From a bacterium (GTDB lineage Bacteria; SAR324; NAC60-12): 64,000 nt of DNA. The notes beneath the pieces were generated by a model, which saw nothing but the letters and a program-made list of their open reading frames with translations, searched no databases and was not told the DNA's origin. Shown here in pieces: positions 18,141-27,419 of this stretch. Numbering within the stretch: the stretch's first letter is position 1; every line of letters starts with the position of its first letter. The stretch spans positions 1,024,001 through 1,088,000 of the forward strand of contig OZ242383.1 of NCBI GenBank assembly GCA_965209155.1, written 5' to 3'. Made by a program: the position numbers and the translations under genes.

Positions 18141-19445
18141 GGTTCATCCGATTAATGCGTACCTGGATCGGTGAAGGGCCATTATTTTCAGCTTAAAAAA
18201 TTCTTCATCCCGATAACCGTAGGCTTTCTTTTGCAGGGTCTTAATTTTATTGTTGGTTCCTTCCAAGGGGCCTGTAGAAATAGGGATGTCGTAGTAAGCC
18301 AGTATTTTTTTGCTGTGTTTATTGAGAGTTTTCGCAAAACTTTTGAGAATTTTGATTTTCGATGTGAAGGCCGCAGCAACCCAATCTTGAAGAAAATGAG
18401 AGGCTTGGGTTTTATTGTTCTTCGACCAAAGTGACCTCAAGTCTTCTTTGAGATAATAGGCAATGGCCAAGGGTTCATTTAACGCGAGAGCCTCTTGCAG
18501 TCGTTGTTGCTCGTCTTTTTCTTCATTGAGAGAATCGGGACGTTTGAGCAGCAACCATCGGGTTCCTTTGATTACTTCTTTTTCTTCTTCACTGGCTTTT
18601 CTTTGAAGGGAGCGCCTGAGTTTATCAATTTTATCATTGAATAATTTAATCACATGAAAATGATCAAAAACGTGAAGCGCTTCAGAAAGATTGTCATCGA
18701 TCGCTTTACTAAAGGCCGGAGACATGTCGGTCGCGACGGCTTCGATTTTCGCGCCACTGTTTTTCAAACGTTTCCAAAATTTGTCGAGGGCTTTTCCCTC
18801 TTTGCCTTGGCCCACATAAACCACCGCACCACTTTGGAGGTCCAAAACCAGGGTCAGATAACGATGTCCTTTGCCGATACTGATTTCATCAATCGCGATC
18901 TGTCGCAAATCCTTTAAATTGGGAGAGGAAAAATGTTTTTTCAGATAACGTTTTTCGATGCTTTTCACGGTGTTCCACTCGAGCTTCAAATGCCGAGATA
19001 CATCTTGAATCGTTATATACTGAAGTAATTCGAGAACGTACCTTTCAAAGGCATGAGTATAACTCTGTTTCTTGCGGGCAAAGGAAACTCCCACTTGTCG
19101 GGTGATCTGACAAGCTGAACAAAAAATTCGCGGTATTTTTAAGTGAAGCTTCACGGGTTTTTTTCCGATTGGAAGGCTGCGCCACTGACGTTCTTTAAAA
19201 CCTTTACGAATCACTCCTAAACTCCGACATAAAGGGCAACGAATGCGTTGCACGGGTTGTCGAATATAAAAATGAATTTCTCCAAAGCAATATTCGGTCT
19301 TTTCATAATGATAGCCCTTCAGGCCAAACGCATGATACATTAAGCTGGTTGACATAAGATTCTCCTCTTAGGTTGTGTGTTACCACCTAGTGGAGATGAT
19401 TATGTCGATATTTTCAATTCAAAGTACGCCTATTTCGGAAGAACC
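18141..19445 (-). mobile_element. ISL3 family insertion sequence (~1.3 kb)
   Basis: Imperfect terminal IRs GGTTCATCCGATTAATGCGTAC / GGTTCTTCCGAAATAGGCGTAC enclosing the transposase; no target duplication seen. Confidence 0.9.
18144..19355 (-). CDS. ISL3 family transposase
   Basis: CPxC...CxxC zinc finger, IAIDE, ATDMS, FDHFHVIK, STGPLEGTNNKIK..AYGYR motifs. Confidence 0.95.
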   Translation of the reverse strand: MSTSLMYHAFGLKGYHYEKTEYCFGEIHFYIRQPVQRIRCPLCRSLGVIRKGFKERQWRSLPIGKKPVKLHLKIPRIFCSACQITRQVGVSFARKKQSYTHAFERYVLELLQYITIQDVSRHLKLEWNTVKSIEKRYLKKHFSSPNLKDLRQIAIDEISIGKGHRYLTLVLDLQSGAVVYVGQGKEGKALDKFWKRLKNSGAKIEAVATDMSPAFSKAIDDNLSEALHVFDHFHVIKLFNDKIDKLRRSLQRKASEEEKEVIKGTRWLLLKRPDSLNEEKDEQQRLQEALALNEPLAIAYYLKEDLRSLWSKNNKTQASHFLQDWVAAAFTSKIKILKSFAKTLNKHSKKILAYYDIPISTGPLEGTNNKIKTLQKKAYGYRDEEFFKLKIMALHRSRYALIG

Positions 19446-19449
19446 ATTA

Positions 19450-19575
19450 TTAAGTTCCTGTGCTGGTTCGAATTCCGTACTTTTTCATTTTGTTGAAGAG
19501 GGTGGTCCGGGAGATCCCCAGGGCGGCAGCGGTTTTTACCTTGTGGCCCTGGGAATTTTTCAGGGCACTGATAAT
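19450..19575 (-). pseudogene. Orphan 3' end (Fis-type HTH) of a sigma-54 activator gene
   Basis: 19475-19575 matches 20202-20302 (about 10 mismatches in 101 bp); reads IISALKNSQGHKVKTAAALGISRTTLFNKMKKYGIRTSTGT*. Confidence 0.8.
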
Positions 19576-19666
19576 ATTAATTGATTTTCATTGATCAAAT
19601 AACCCTATTTGTGTAAAGTTTAAATTCAATAATATGATTCCTCTGTAATCTTTTATCTGGAGAAAT

Positions 19667-19858
19667 ATGATGACTGTTGCAACGATCAAAGAAGATGCAA
19701 AACAATTGATTGATCAACTTCCGGACGATTCGAGCTGGGAGGATTTGATTCATGAAATTTATGTTCGGCAAACCATTGAAGCAGGACTTGCAGATAGCCA
19801 CGCAGGTCGTACAAAAGATGTAGACGAAGTGAGAAAACAGTTTGGATTGATGCCATGA
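19667..19858 (+). CDS. Putative antitoxin
   Basis: Small acidic protein (LPDDSSWEDL...IEAGLAD..AGR..VDEV) overlapping the toxin by ATGA; RBS GGAG. Confidence 0.8.
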   Translation: MMTVATIKEDAKQLIDQLPDDSSWEDLIHEIYVRQTIEAGLADSHAGRTKDVDEVRKQFGLMP

Positions 19859-20148
19859 AAATCCACTGGACGGAAACGGCTCTTGAACATTTAAAGGGAA
19901 TCCATTCTTATATTTCACAAAACTCCCCAGCATATGCCAAACGAATCATCGATCGTCTCACAAAAAGATCTCAACAGATTGTTGATTTTCCAAGGTCAGG
20001 GCGGATAGTGCCTGAAATGAAATCTGAGCATATCCGTGAGGTCATCGAGGGACCTTATCGCATTATTTACTATATCAAATCGAATCAAATTGATGTTTTA
20101 GCTGTCATTCATGGGGCAGAGAATTTTCCATGGGGGCAGAAGTTCTGA
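19855..20148 (+). CDS. Type II TA system RelE/ParE family toxin
   Basis: MKIHWTETA..HL..I..YI, FPRSGRIVPE, IREVIEGPYRIIY, VLAVIHG. Confidence 0.9.
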   Translation: MKIHWTETALEHLKGIHSYISQNSPAYAKRIIDRLTKRSQQIVDFPRSGRIVPEMKSEHIREVIEGPYRIIYYIKSNQIDVLAVIHGAENFPWGQKF

Positions 20149-20182
20149 TTAAAACCTACCTCCTTTCGGGATTGTGCCACCT

Positions 20183-23100
20183 CTACTCTCTCCCATCTAT
20201 CCCGTACTTTTTCATTTTATTGAAGAGGGTGGTTCGGGAGATCCCCAGGGCGGCAGCAGTTTTTACCTTGTGACCCTCATAATTGTTCAGGGCATTGAGA
20301 ATCGTCGCTTTTTCACAATCCGCGAGGGTCTGATCCAGCGTCATTTTCCCATGGTTGATGGTGTCTCCGAAATTTGAAGTTTCGCTGATTTTGGAATTTA
20401 TCCGTTCCCCCAGAAAATCGACCTCTCCCTGGGAGACATAGCGATGCAGAGTGTTTTGCAACTCCCGGACATTGCCCGGCCAATCGTAAGCTTGCAGGGC
20501 TTCCAGAAATCCCGGTGTGATGGGCTTTCCTTGTTGAAGCGGTGCCGTGGATTTCAAAAAATGCTCGACCAGCAGAGGGATATCCTCTTTTCTTTCCCGG
20601 AGCGGGGGCAGGCGAATGGGAAAGACATGAATCCGGTAATAGAAATCTTCTCGAATTTGCCCCGTCTTTACCCGGTGACTCAGGTCCTGGTTTGAAGCCG
20701 CGATGAACCGGATATCAGGCTTGATGACCTCTGTAGTGCCAACCGGGGTAAAGCCGTTGCCCTCCAGGACACGAAGCAGTTTAACCTGCAGGTTCAGTCC
20801 GATATCGGCCAGTTCATCCAGGAACAAAGTCCCTTTGTCGGTCAGGTGCAGGAAACCCCGCTGATCGCTATCGGCCCCGGTGAAAGCGCCTTTTTTGTGT
20901 CCGAAGAACTCGCTCTCGATCAGGTTTTCGGAGATGGCCCCGAGGTTCACCGGGAAAAACACTTGCTCCTTGCGGTCACTAGCCTCGTGAATGGCCCGGG
21001 AGACCAGTTCTTTCCCGGTTCCCGATTCGCCGTAGAGGATCACGTTCATATCGGTGGCCGCCGCTTGTAAAATCAACTCGTATACCCGTTGCATGGGTTC
21101 GCTTTTTCCGATAATGTCACCAAACCGAAAGCGGTCTTTGGTGCGGGCTCGCAGGCGGACATTTTCCTCTCGCAGGGAGGTTTCGCTCGCTTTCAGCTCG
21201 TCCAGCGCTTTTTTGAGGTTTTCGTGAAGTCTGGCATTTTCCAGGGAAATGGCGATCTGGGAGGTGAGGTGTTTGAGCACCTCGAGTCGCCGGGAGGTGA
21301 AGGCTCCCTCAACCAGGTTATTTTCCAGGTAAATGATTCCGCTCAAAGATGACTTGTGAGTGATCGGTGCGCACAGGATGGATTTGGGGCGCTCCTTTTT
21401 AATATAGTCATCCCCGACAAACCGTTCCTCCCGAGAGGCGTTGTCCAAAACCAGGTGTTCCCGGGTTTGTTTCACCCAGGAGATGACCGAGAGGGAGAGG
21501 GATTCAGCCTTTTCCACAGGCAGGGAAAGCGGTAGAAAACATTCGACCTGCTCGGCACTCCCGCGGGCAGCAATGAGAGACTGACCTTCGGTTTCCAGAA
21601 TCAGGGCTGCTGTCTGAGCACCGGCATTTTCCATGAGAATGCCAAGCAGGATCTCCAGCAGCGGTTCCAGCTCGAGGGTACTGGAGATGGCCTCCGAGGC
21701 TTTGAGCATCGTCGTCAGGTCCAGGTTGGCCGAAGGAGACGCCGCCCCTTCGGCACGATCATCGGCAATCAGCCCGGGATATCGAGACTTAAGATGCGCG
21801 ACCTTCCGTTTTGCCCCCCAGGCTTCGTACTGCTCCATTGCTGAGCGCAGGTAAGACTTGGCGGCGTCGTTTTGCCCCTGGTTGAGCAAGTACCTGGCTG
21901 CCAGTTCATTGGCCAGGGCTTCCTCGTGGATAAATTCGCTCTCTCTGGCTAAAGCGATGGCCTGGTCATAGTGGTGCATAATGGTATCGCTTTGACCCTC
22001 CAAAACCCGCAACCGTTCGGCTTCCACCAGGTGGTATTTATGCAAATAATTGGGCGGTGCGCAGCGCGCCAGTTTCTCCAACGTATCCTGATTGTCATCG
22101 ACCTGGTTGAGGATCTCCTTCTTTTCCCCCTCGCTCCCCTGATCGCAAACTGCCAGGAGAGCGAGGGAGAGGTAGCAGTTGGCCAGGGGATCAATAAGGG
22201 CATGCTTGTAGGTTTTCATCAGGATGATCATTTCAAAAGCCGTCTCCCGAGCTGCTTCGTATTCTTCGAACAGGGTTTGCAGCACCAGCTTTTGGTAATT
22301 AAAATTGCTCTGCTCATAATAGTTGTACTCTGCACCCCTCCCCCTATCGTATTGATCCATGATGCCTCTTGACAGGCTCGCAGGTTCCTCCATTAGAATC
22401 GTGATTGTCTTCATCAGCATTTCGGCATGGGGAGACCCGATAATATAATCGATCTTCTTGAGAGCAAGCTTCAGCGTCGACAATTCCCCTTTCAGCCAAT
22501 TCAGATCCTTCCCGCACATAAAGGCTAACTGACATCTTATGACGGCATTATTACCGGCATTGTAGAAATCTCCCGTCTCGATTCCCATCTTATGAGCTTC
22601 CAGCAAGGGCTCCAATGACGCCGATAGCGGCTCCCGGTAGAATCGGATCACGCGGTTGAAAACCCCGGAAACTCTACAGTTTATTTCCTTCAGATCAAGC
22701 GCTTCCATGAGCTGTATGCTCAGACGACCGAGTTCATAACCAAATTCAAAATCCTGCATAAACTCGCAATATATACCTCCAAGGCCACTATAGAACTCGG
22801 GTGAATATTGCGGATGGAAATGATTGAGCAGCAAAGAGATACGTTTTAAAGTAATAGGATGCCAAAGACCGTCATCCAAAGTAATCCCAGCCAAGCCATA
22901 GGCCAAATGGATATCAGATAGGATATGGACAAGAAACTCGGCATGTGGTTGGGTGAGCGGCTCAAAGCGCATCACGTCTTCGACGCTTTTACCGACCAGG
23001 CCGGATTTGATTTTAACGAGGGTCTGCTGCCACTGGTCGAGAGACAGACGGCTCAGTTGACACCCCAATTTCTCTAGAATTTCCTCGCCCATTTCCAGGG

Positions 23101-25969
23101 CCTTCTTTAATTTGCCCCGGGTCGTGTACGCCTGGATCCGGCATCGATAAACATTGACCAGGTCCGGGTCTTCTCGGGCGTTGTCTTTTACGGCACCCGC
23201 CAGCTTCTCCATCAACTCGAAGCGGCCGCAGAGCGATGACATCTCCGTGGCGGCTTCATGCAGGGATAAGGCCAGGGGGTAATGCCGTTTCCAGGCGGCG
23301 GCTCCTAAGAGATCCAGGCCCAGGGTAAAGTATTCCAGAGCCTGTTCAAAAGCCGAAGCCGCCCTGGCCTGACGACCGGCTTCCAGGTTGAGTTCCGCCA
23401 GGTGCAATCGGTCTTTCCATTTATTCTTCAACCCCAGGGCCAGGTTGAGATGGTGGACGATGTCAAAAAGCAGAGCGTCACTTTTTCCAGGAGCGTATTG
23501 CTTGAGCAGGGTCTGACCGATTTGAAGATGGACCGGCTGTCTCTCCTTTTGTGCAATGAGGGCATAGGCAGCCTGCTGCACCCGGTCATGCAGGAATTTG
23601 AAGCTGCCGCTCTCCGGGGTCGTTTCGGCGGTCGGATTATCCGGATGCGGGGCCCGGGAAAAACCGAGAATCAACCCGTTTTCAAGGGCCGGCAACAGGT
23701 TCTCATCGATCTCCCTGCCTACGGCTCCGCTGATCCGTTCCAACGATTCCAGGTTAAAGGTATTTCCGATACAGGCCGCCAAGCTCAAGAGTCGCCTGGT
23801 TTCAAAGGAAAACCGGTGGAGCCGGTCAATCAGCAAATCCACCACATTCTCGGTCACCGCCAGGATTTCGATGGCAGCCAGCTCCCAGGTCCATCGGTTT
23901 TTCTCGGGGGAGTAGGAGATCAGCTCCTTTTCGGAGAGTAGGGTCAAAAACTGGCTCACAAAGAAGGGGTTGCCACCGGTTTTGCGCACCAGAACCTCGG
24001 CCAGCGGGTTTGCGTCCTCAGGACGGCAGTGGCAGGTATGGACGAGCAGTTGTGAGATGTCCTCCGGTTTCAGGGGCTTTAAGGGGATCGTCTGCAGCGG
24101 CTGGCCAGTTTTTTTGATCACCTCACAACTGATCGTCAGCCGGTGATCGGCCTCCACCTCGTTGTCGCGATAGGCTCCCATGAAAAGCAGAGGTTTCCTC
24201 TCCGGATCCTGAGCAATGCGTTCCACCAGCTTGAGGGTATCGGCGTCCACCCACTGCAAGTCGTCCAGAAAAATAACCAGCGGATGAGTCTTTTCACAGA
24301 AAACAGAGATGAAATCCAGTAAAACGGCAGTGAAGCGATTGCGGGCCTCCATCGCTGCCATATCCGGCAGCGGGGGTTGCGGGCCGATCACCTGTTCCAG
24401 TTCCGGGATCACCTGGGTTATCAGTTGTCCGTTGGGCCCCAGGGCTGCCCGTATCCTGCTTTTCCAACGCTCCATTCTAGATTTCTCTTCGACTGATACC
24501 TCCCGGATGAGTCCCCGCAGCGCCTGGACCAGGGCGCTGTAAGGGATATTGTGCCGGAGCTGGTCAAACTTGCCGGAGATGAAGAAGCCGTTTTTTTGGG
24601 CAACGGACCTTTGAATTTCACCGACCAGGACGGTTTTACCGACACCAGCGCTTCCCGAGACCAGCACCATCTCGGTCGATCCCTGACTGACTCGCTCCAG
24701 GGCAGCTTCCAGATCAGTGATTTCATTCTCCCGGCCGTAAAGCCCCGGGGCGATCTGCAATTCTTTGGGAATATCCTGGCGGCCCAGGGGAAAGTCAGAC
24801 AGGCTCCTCTGGTTTTCCAGTTGCTCCACACATGCCAGCAGATCGGCGGCAAGGCCCGAATGACTCTGGTAACGCGCCTCGGCACGCTTGGCCATCAGTT
24901 TCATCACCAGGCGGGAAAGGGTTTTGGGCACCTGCGGCGCCTTCTGGTCCAGGGGTACAGGTTGCCGGGCAATGTGAGCGTGGATGATTTCCATGGCCTC
25001 CCGGGACCCAAAAGGCACCCTTCCAGTGAAAAGTTCATAAATGGTGGCCCCCAGGGAATAAAAATCACTGCGATAATCGACCACCCGGTTCATCCGGCCG
25101 GTCTGCTCGGGGGAGATATAGGGCAGGGTTTCCCCACTTAGCTGGGGACTCAACGTCGTCAAATTTTCCTTAGGCAACCGGGTGGCCAGGCCGAAGCCGC
25201 TCAGTTTGATGTTTCCTGATGCCGGATCGACAAAAATGTTGAACGGGTTGATCATTTTATGCAGGATGCCCTGCCGGTGCACTTCTTTCAGGATGCTGAT
25301 CAGTGAAACCGCTACCTTCAGCGAGTCCAGCAGGTCGAGCCGGGCGGTATCCATCAACTTTCTTAAAGGGAGCGCGTCAGTATTTTCCAGGATCAAAGCC
25401 CATCCGTTTTCACACCGCACCAGTTCCCGTGATTTGAGGACCCCATCGATCTTGAGAGCCTGAGTGATCTCATGCTCATGCCGCATTTCCGCCAGCTCTT
25501 GTTCACTCTGCTCGGAAACCGATCCCTTGACCAGGACCAAAAACCCATCGCTTTGCCGCCTGCCGCGCCAGAGCCGGGTCCGCCCACTTTCAAAAACGAC
25601 CTCCTCCAGCGAGTAACCCGGAATCTCGGGTTTTTCCCCACTGGAAACGGACTTCGTTTTGTTCACAACCGATTCAGGAGTTACAGGAGAGGCTTTATTA
25701 TTCTTCGAATCCGCCGGATCATGACCCAGGATCACCTCATGCAGCAGGTTCCTGGCAATGTTGCGCGCTTCTTGGGCGGTCAAAACCCCATGAGTGCCAA
25801 TGGTATAGCGCCTCAGTCGTCCCTTGATGCGGTATTGCAGGAGATACACCCGTCTGCCCTTTGGGGTTATTTTACAGCCGAACATCGGCAACTCCGTATC
25901 CCACAGGAAGCGGTCTTTTCTCTCGCATGGTAGATTTTCGACGGATTGCTTGCTGATTTTGCCTTTCAT
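20183..25969 (-). CDS. 1928-aa multidomain sigma-54 activator: integrase arm-DNA-binding domain, pseudo-Ser/Thr kinase, STAND ATPase, helical/TPR-like region, GAF, sigma-54 AAA+, Fis HTH
   Basis: N-terminal LWDTELPMFGCKITPKGRRVYLLQYR...RRYTIG...AQEAR...GHDP; YISPEQTGRMNR.VDYRSDFYSLG; GSAGVGKT and IFLDDLQW; FLHDRVQQAAY; GIIYLEN...QIAISLENA; GESGTGKE, GAFTGA, LFLDE, WPGNVREL; AAALGISRTTL. RBS AGGAGG. Confidence 0.9.
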   Translation of the reverse strand: MKGKISKQSVENLPCERKDRFLWDTELPMFGCKITPKGRRVYLLQYRIKGRLRRYTIGTHGVLTAQEARNIARNLLHEVILGHDPADSKNNKASPVTPESVVNKTKSVSSGEKPEIPGYSLEEVVFESGRTRLWRGRRQSDGFLVLVKGSVSEQSEQELAEMRHEHEITQALKIDGVLKSRELVRCENGWALILENTDALPLRKLMDTARLDLLDSLKVAVSLISILKEVHRQGILHKMINPFNIFVDPASGNIKLSGFGLATRLPKENLTTLSPQLSGETLPYISPEQTGRMNRVVDYRSDFYSLGATIYELFTGRVPFGSREAMEIIHAHIARQPVPLDQKAPQVPKTLSRLVMKLMAKRAEARYQSHSGLAADLLACVEQLENQRSLSDFPLGRQDIPKELQIAPGLYGRENEITDLEAALERVSQGSTEMVLVSGSAGVGKTVLVGEIQRSVAQKNGFFISGKFDQLRHNIPYSALVQALRGLIREVSVEEKSRMERWKSRIRAALGPNGQLITQVIPELEQVIGPQPPLPDMAAMEARNRFTAVLLDFISVFCEKTHPLVIFLDDLQWVDADTLKLVERIAQDPERKPLLFMGAYRDNEVEADHRLTISCEVIKKTGQPLQTIPLKPLKPEDISQLLVHTCHCRPEDANPLAEVLVRKTGGNPFFVSQFLTLLSEKELISYSPEKNRWTWELAAIEILAVTENVVDLLIDRLHRFSFETRRLLSLAACIGNTFNLESLERISGAVGREIDENLLPALENGLILGFSRAPHPDNPTAETTPESGSFKFLHDRVQQAAYALIAQKERQPVHLQIGQTLLKQYAPGKSDALLFDIVHHLNLALGLKNKWKDRLHLAELNLEAGRQARAASAFEQALEYFTLGLDLLGAAAWKRHYPLALSLHEAATEMSSLCGRFELMEKLAGAVKDNAREDPDLVNVYRCRIQAYTTRGKLKKALEMGEEILEKLGCQLSRLSLDQWQQTLVKIKSGLVGKSVEDVMRFEPLTQPHAEFLVHILSDIHLAYGLAGITLDDGLWHPITLKRISLLLNHFHPQYSPEFYSGLGGIYCEFMQDFEFGYELGRLSIQLMEALDLKEINCRVSGVFNRVIRFYREPLSASLEPLLEAHKMGIETGDFYNAGNNAVIRCQLAFMCGKDLNWLKGELSTLKLALKKIDYIIGSPHAEMLMKTITILMEEPASLSRGIMDQYDRGRGAEYNYYEQSNFNYQKLVLQTLFEEYEAARETAFEMIILMKTYKHALIDPLANCYLSLALLAVCDQGSEGEKKEILNQVDDNQDTLEKLARCAPPNYLHKYHLVEAERLRVLEGQSDTIMHHYDQAIALARESEFIHEEALANELAARYLLNQGQNDAAKSYLRSAMEQYEAWGAKRKVAHLKSRYPGLIADDRAEGAASPSANLDLTTMLKASEAISSTLELEPLLEILLGILMENAGAQTAALILETEGQSLIAARGSAEQVECFLPLSLPVEKAESLSLSVISWVKQTREHLVLDNASREERFVGDDYIKKERPKSILCAPITHKSSLSGIIYLENNLVEGAFTSRRLEVLKHLTSQIAISLENARLHENLKKALDELKASETSLREENVRLRARTKDRFRFGDIIGKSEPMQRVYELILQAAATDMNVILYGESGTGKELVSRAIHEASDRKEQVFFPVNLGAISENLIESEFFGHKKGAFTGADSDQRGFLHLTDKGTLFLDELADIGLNLQVKLLRVLEGNGFTPVGTTEVIKPDIRFIAASNQDLSHRVKTGQIREDFYYRIHVFPIRLPPLRERKEDIPLLVEHFLKSTAPLQQGKPITPGFLEALQAYDWPGNVRELQNTLHRYVSQGEVDFLGERINSKISETSNFGDTINHGKMTLDQTLADCEKATILNALNNYEGHKVKTAAALGISRTTLFNKMKKYGIDGRE

Positions 25970-26045
25970 CGTCCTCCTGCCATTTTAGATATCAAATAGA
26001 AATCATTGATGCTGCTTGTCGCATCGATTCCGCATGACTCATCGG

Positions 26046-26167
26046 GCAATGTCACCGATGTTGAAAAGGAACAGTAATAAAATAGCAATCAATAGTCAAC
26101 AGAATTATTTATCAAAGAGAATCCTGCAACGTCACTGCTGCTGAAAAGGGACAGCAATCACATAACA
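26046..26167. repeat. Imperfect 42-bp direct repeat (80-bp period) upstream of the arm-domain gene
   Basis: gcaatgtcaccgatgttgaaaaggaacagtaataaaatagca (26046-26087) versus gcaacgtcactgctgctgaaaagggacagcaatcacataaca (26126-26167). Confidence 0.7.
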
Positions 26168-26269
26168 TAATTGAGAAACTAGAGAGATCCGCGCTTAAAT
26201 CGATGGGTTCTCGGAAGATACCTGAATAGTTACCAAGATTCATAGTTTGGTTTGCTTGAATACCTCAGT

Positions 26270-27412
26270 TCATAAAAGATCTTCCAGCTGAGTAATCGCA
26301 TGAGAAAAACGTCGGAATAGTTCTTCCTGGTTTTCTGAAAGATTTTGTTCAGAAAAGCTCAGACGGATCATGGACTGCGCTAATTCGGTTTTCATTCCGA
26401 TGGATCGCAATACATGCGAGGTTTGAATTTTTCTGGAACTGCAGGCAGATCCTGCGGAGACAAATATTTTTTCTGATTCCAAATGATGTAATAACACTTC
26501 AGCAGGAATACCGGGTACCGCCAGATTCAAATAATATGGCAAGATATGGGGGGATTGGAAAATGTTCACTCGGGGACAATCATTCGCTAAAAACTCCAAC
26601 CAATCCCGTCGATACTTTTTAAAGGTCTCATAATCTGCGGACCGCCGTTGCTCCCTGAGAGAAGCGGCTTCTCCAAAAGCAACAATTGCAAATACATTCT
26701 CGGTGCCACTGCGTAAACCATATTCCTGTCCACCTCCTACAATCAAAGGCGCCAGGGAGATGTCATGGAGCAAGACCAGGGCGCCAATTCCTTTTGGTGC
26801 TCCAATCTTATGACCACTGATTGAAAATAAATCGATTTGGGAAATTTTTAAGGCGAGAGGGATTTTCGTAAACGCTTGGACCGCATCGACATGAAATAGC
26901 GCTTGCGGATTTTTTTGTTTGATCACCCTTCCAATTTCATGCAAGGGCTGCATAGTACCGATTTCATTGTTGACTGCCATACAAGATACCAATCGGGTAT
27001 TTTCCGAGACTAAGGTTTCTAAATGACCAACGTCAATCAATCCCAGAGAAGAAGAACGAATATAATCTACCTGGAATCCTTTTTTTTGAAGCACCTCGGA
27101 AGCTCTGAGAACAGAAGGATGTTCGATACTTGAAACAATGATTTGATTTCCCTTTAAACCAGCGCTACCGGCGATGGCATAAAGCGCTAAATTATTGGAT
27201 TCGGTTCCACTGCCACAAAAAATAATATGCTTCGTTGGCACATGAAACGTACCAGCAATTTGCATCCTTGCTCTTTTAACCGCTCTTTCAGCATCCAATC
27301 CGAATCGATGCATTGAAGAAGGATTGCCATAGCATTCTTTTAAAAATGGAAGGCTTTTTTCCAGAACGTCGGGAATGACCGCTGTGGTTGCGGCATTGTC
27401 GAGATAGAACAT
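26270..27412 (-). CDS. Cysteine desulfurase (IscS/NifS family)
   Basis: YLDNAATT, GNPSS, HVDAVQA, SGHKIG (PLP Lys), GSACSS catalytic Cys. Confidence 0.95.
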   Translation of the reverse strand: MFYLDNAATTAVIPDVLEKSLPFLKECYGNPSSMHRFGLDAERAVKRARMQIAGTFHVPTKHIIFCGSGTESNNLALYAIAGSAGLKGNQIIVSSIEHPSVLRASEVLQKKGFQVDYIRSSSLGLIDVGHLETLVSENTRLVSCMAVNNEIGTMQPLHEIGRVIKQKNPQALFHVDAVQAFTKIPLALKISQIDLFSISGHKIGAPKGIGALVLLHDISLAPLIVGGGQEYGLRSGTENVFAIVAFGEAASLREQRRSADYETFKKYRRDWLEFLANDCPRVNIFQSPHILPYYLNLAVPGIPAEVLLHHLESEKIFVSAGSACSSRKIQTSHVLRSIGMKTELAQSMIRLSFSEQNLSENQEELFRRFSHAITQLEDLL

Positions 27413-27419
27413 ATAAAGA

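Noticed and set aside
19580..20180. Integron cassette carrying the TA pair
   Set aside because: No attC-like RYYYAAC...GTTRRRY palindrome and no intI seen.
20183..25969. Functional integrase or prophage
   Set aside because: Only the arm domain is present; no catalytic R-H-R-Y domain or phage genes in the window.
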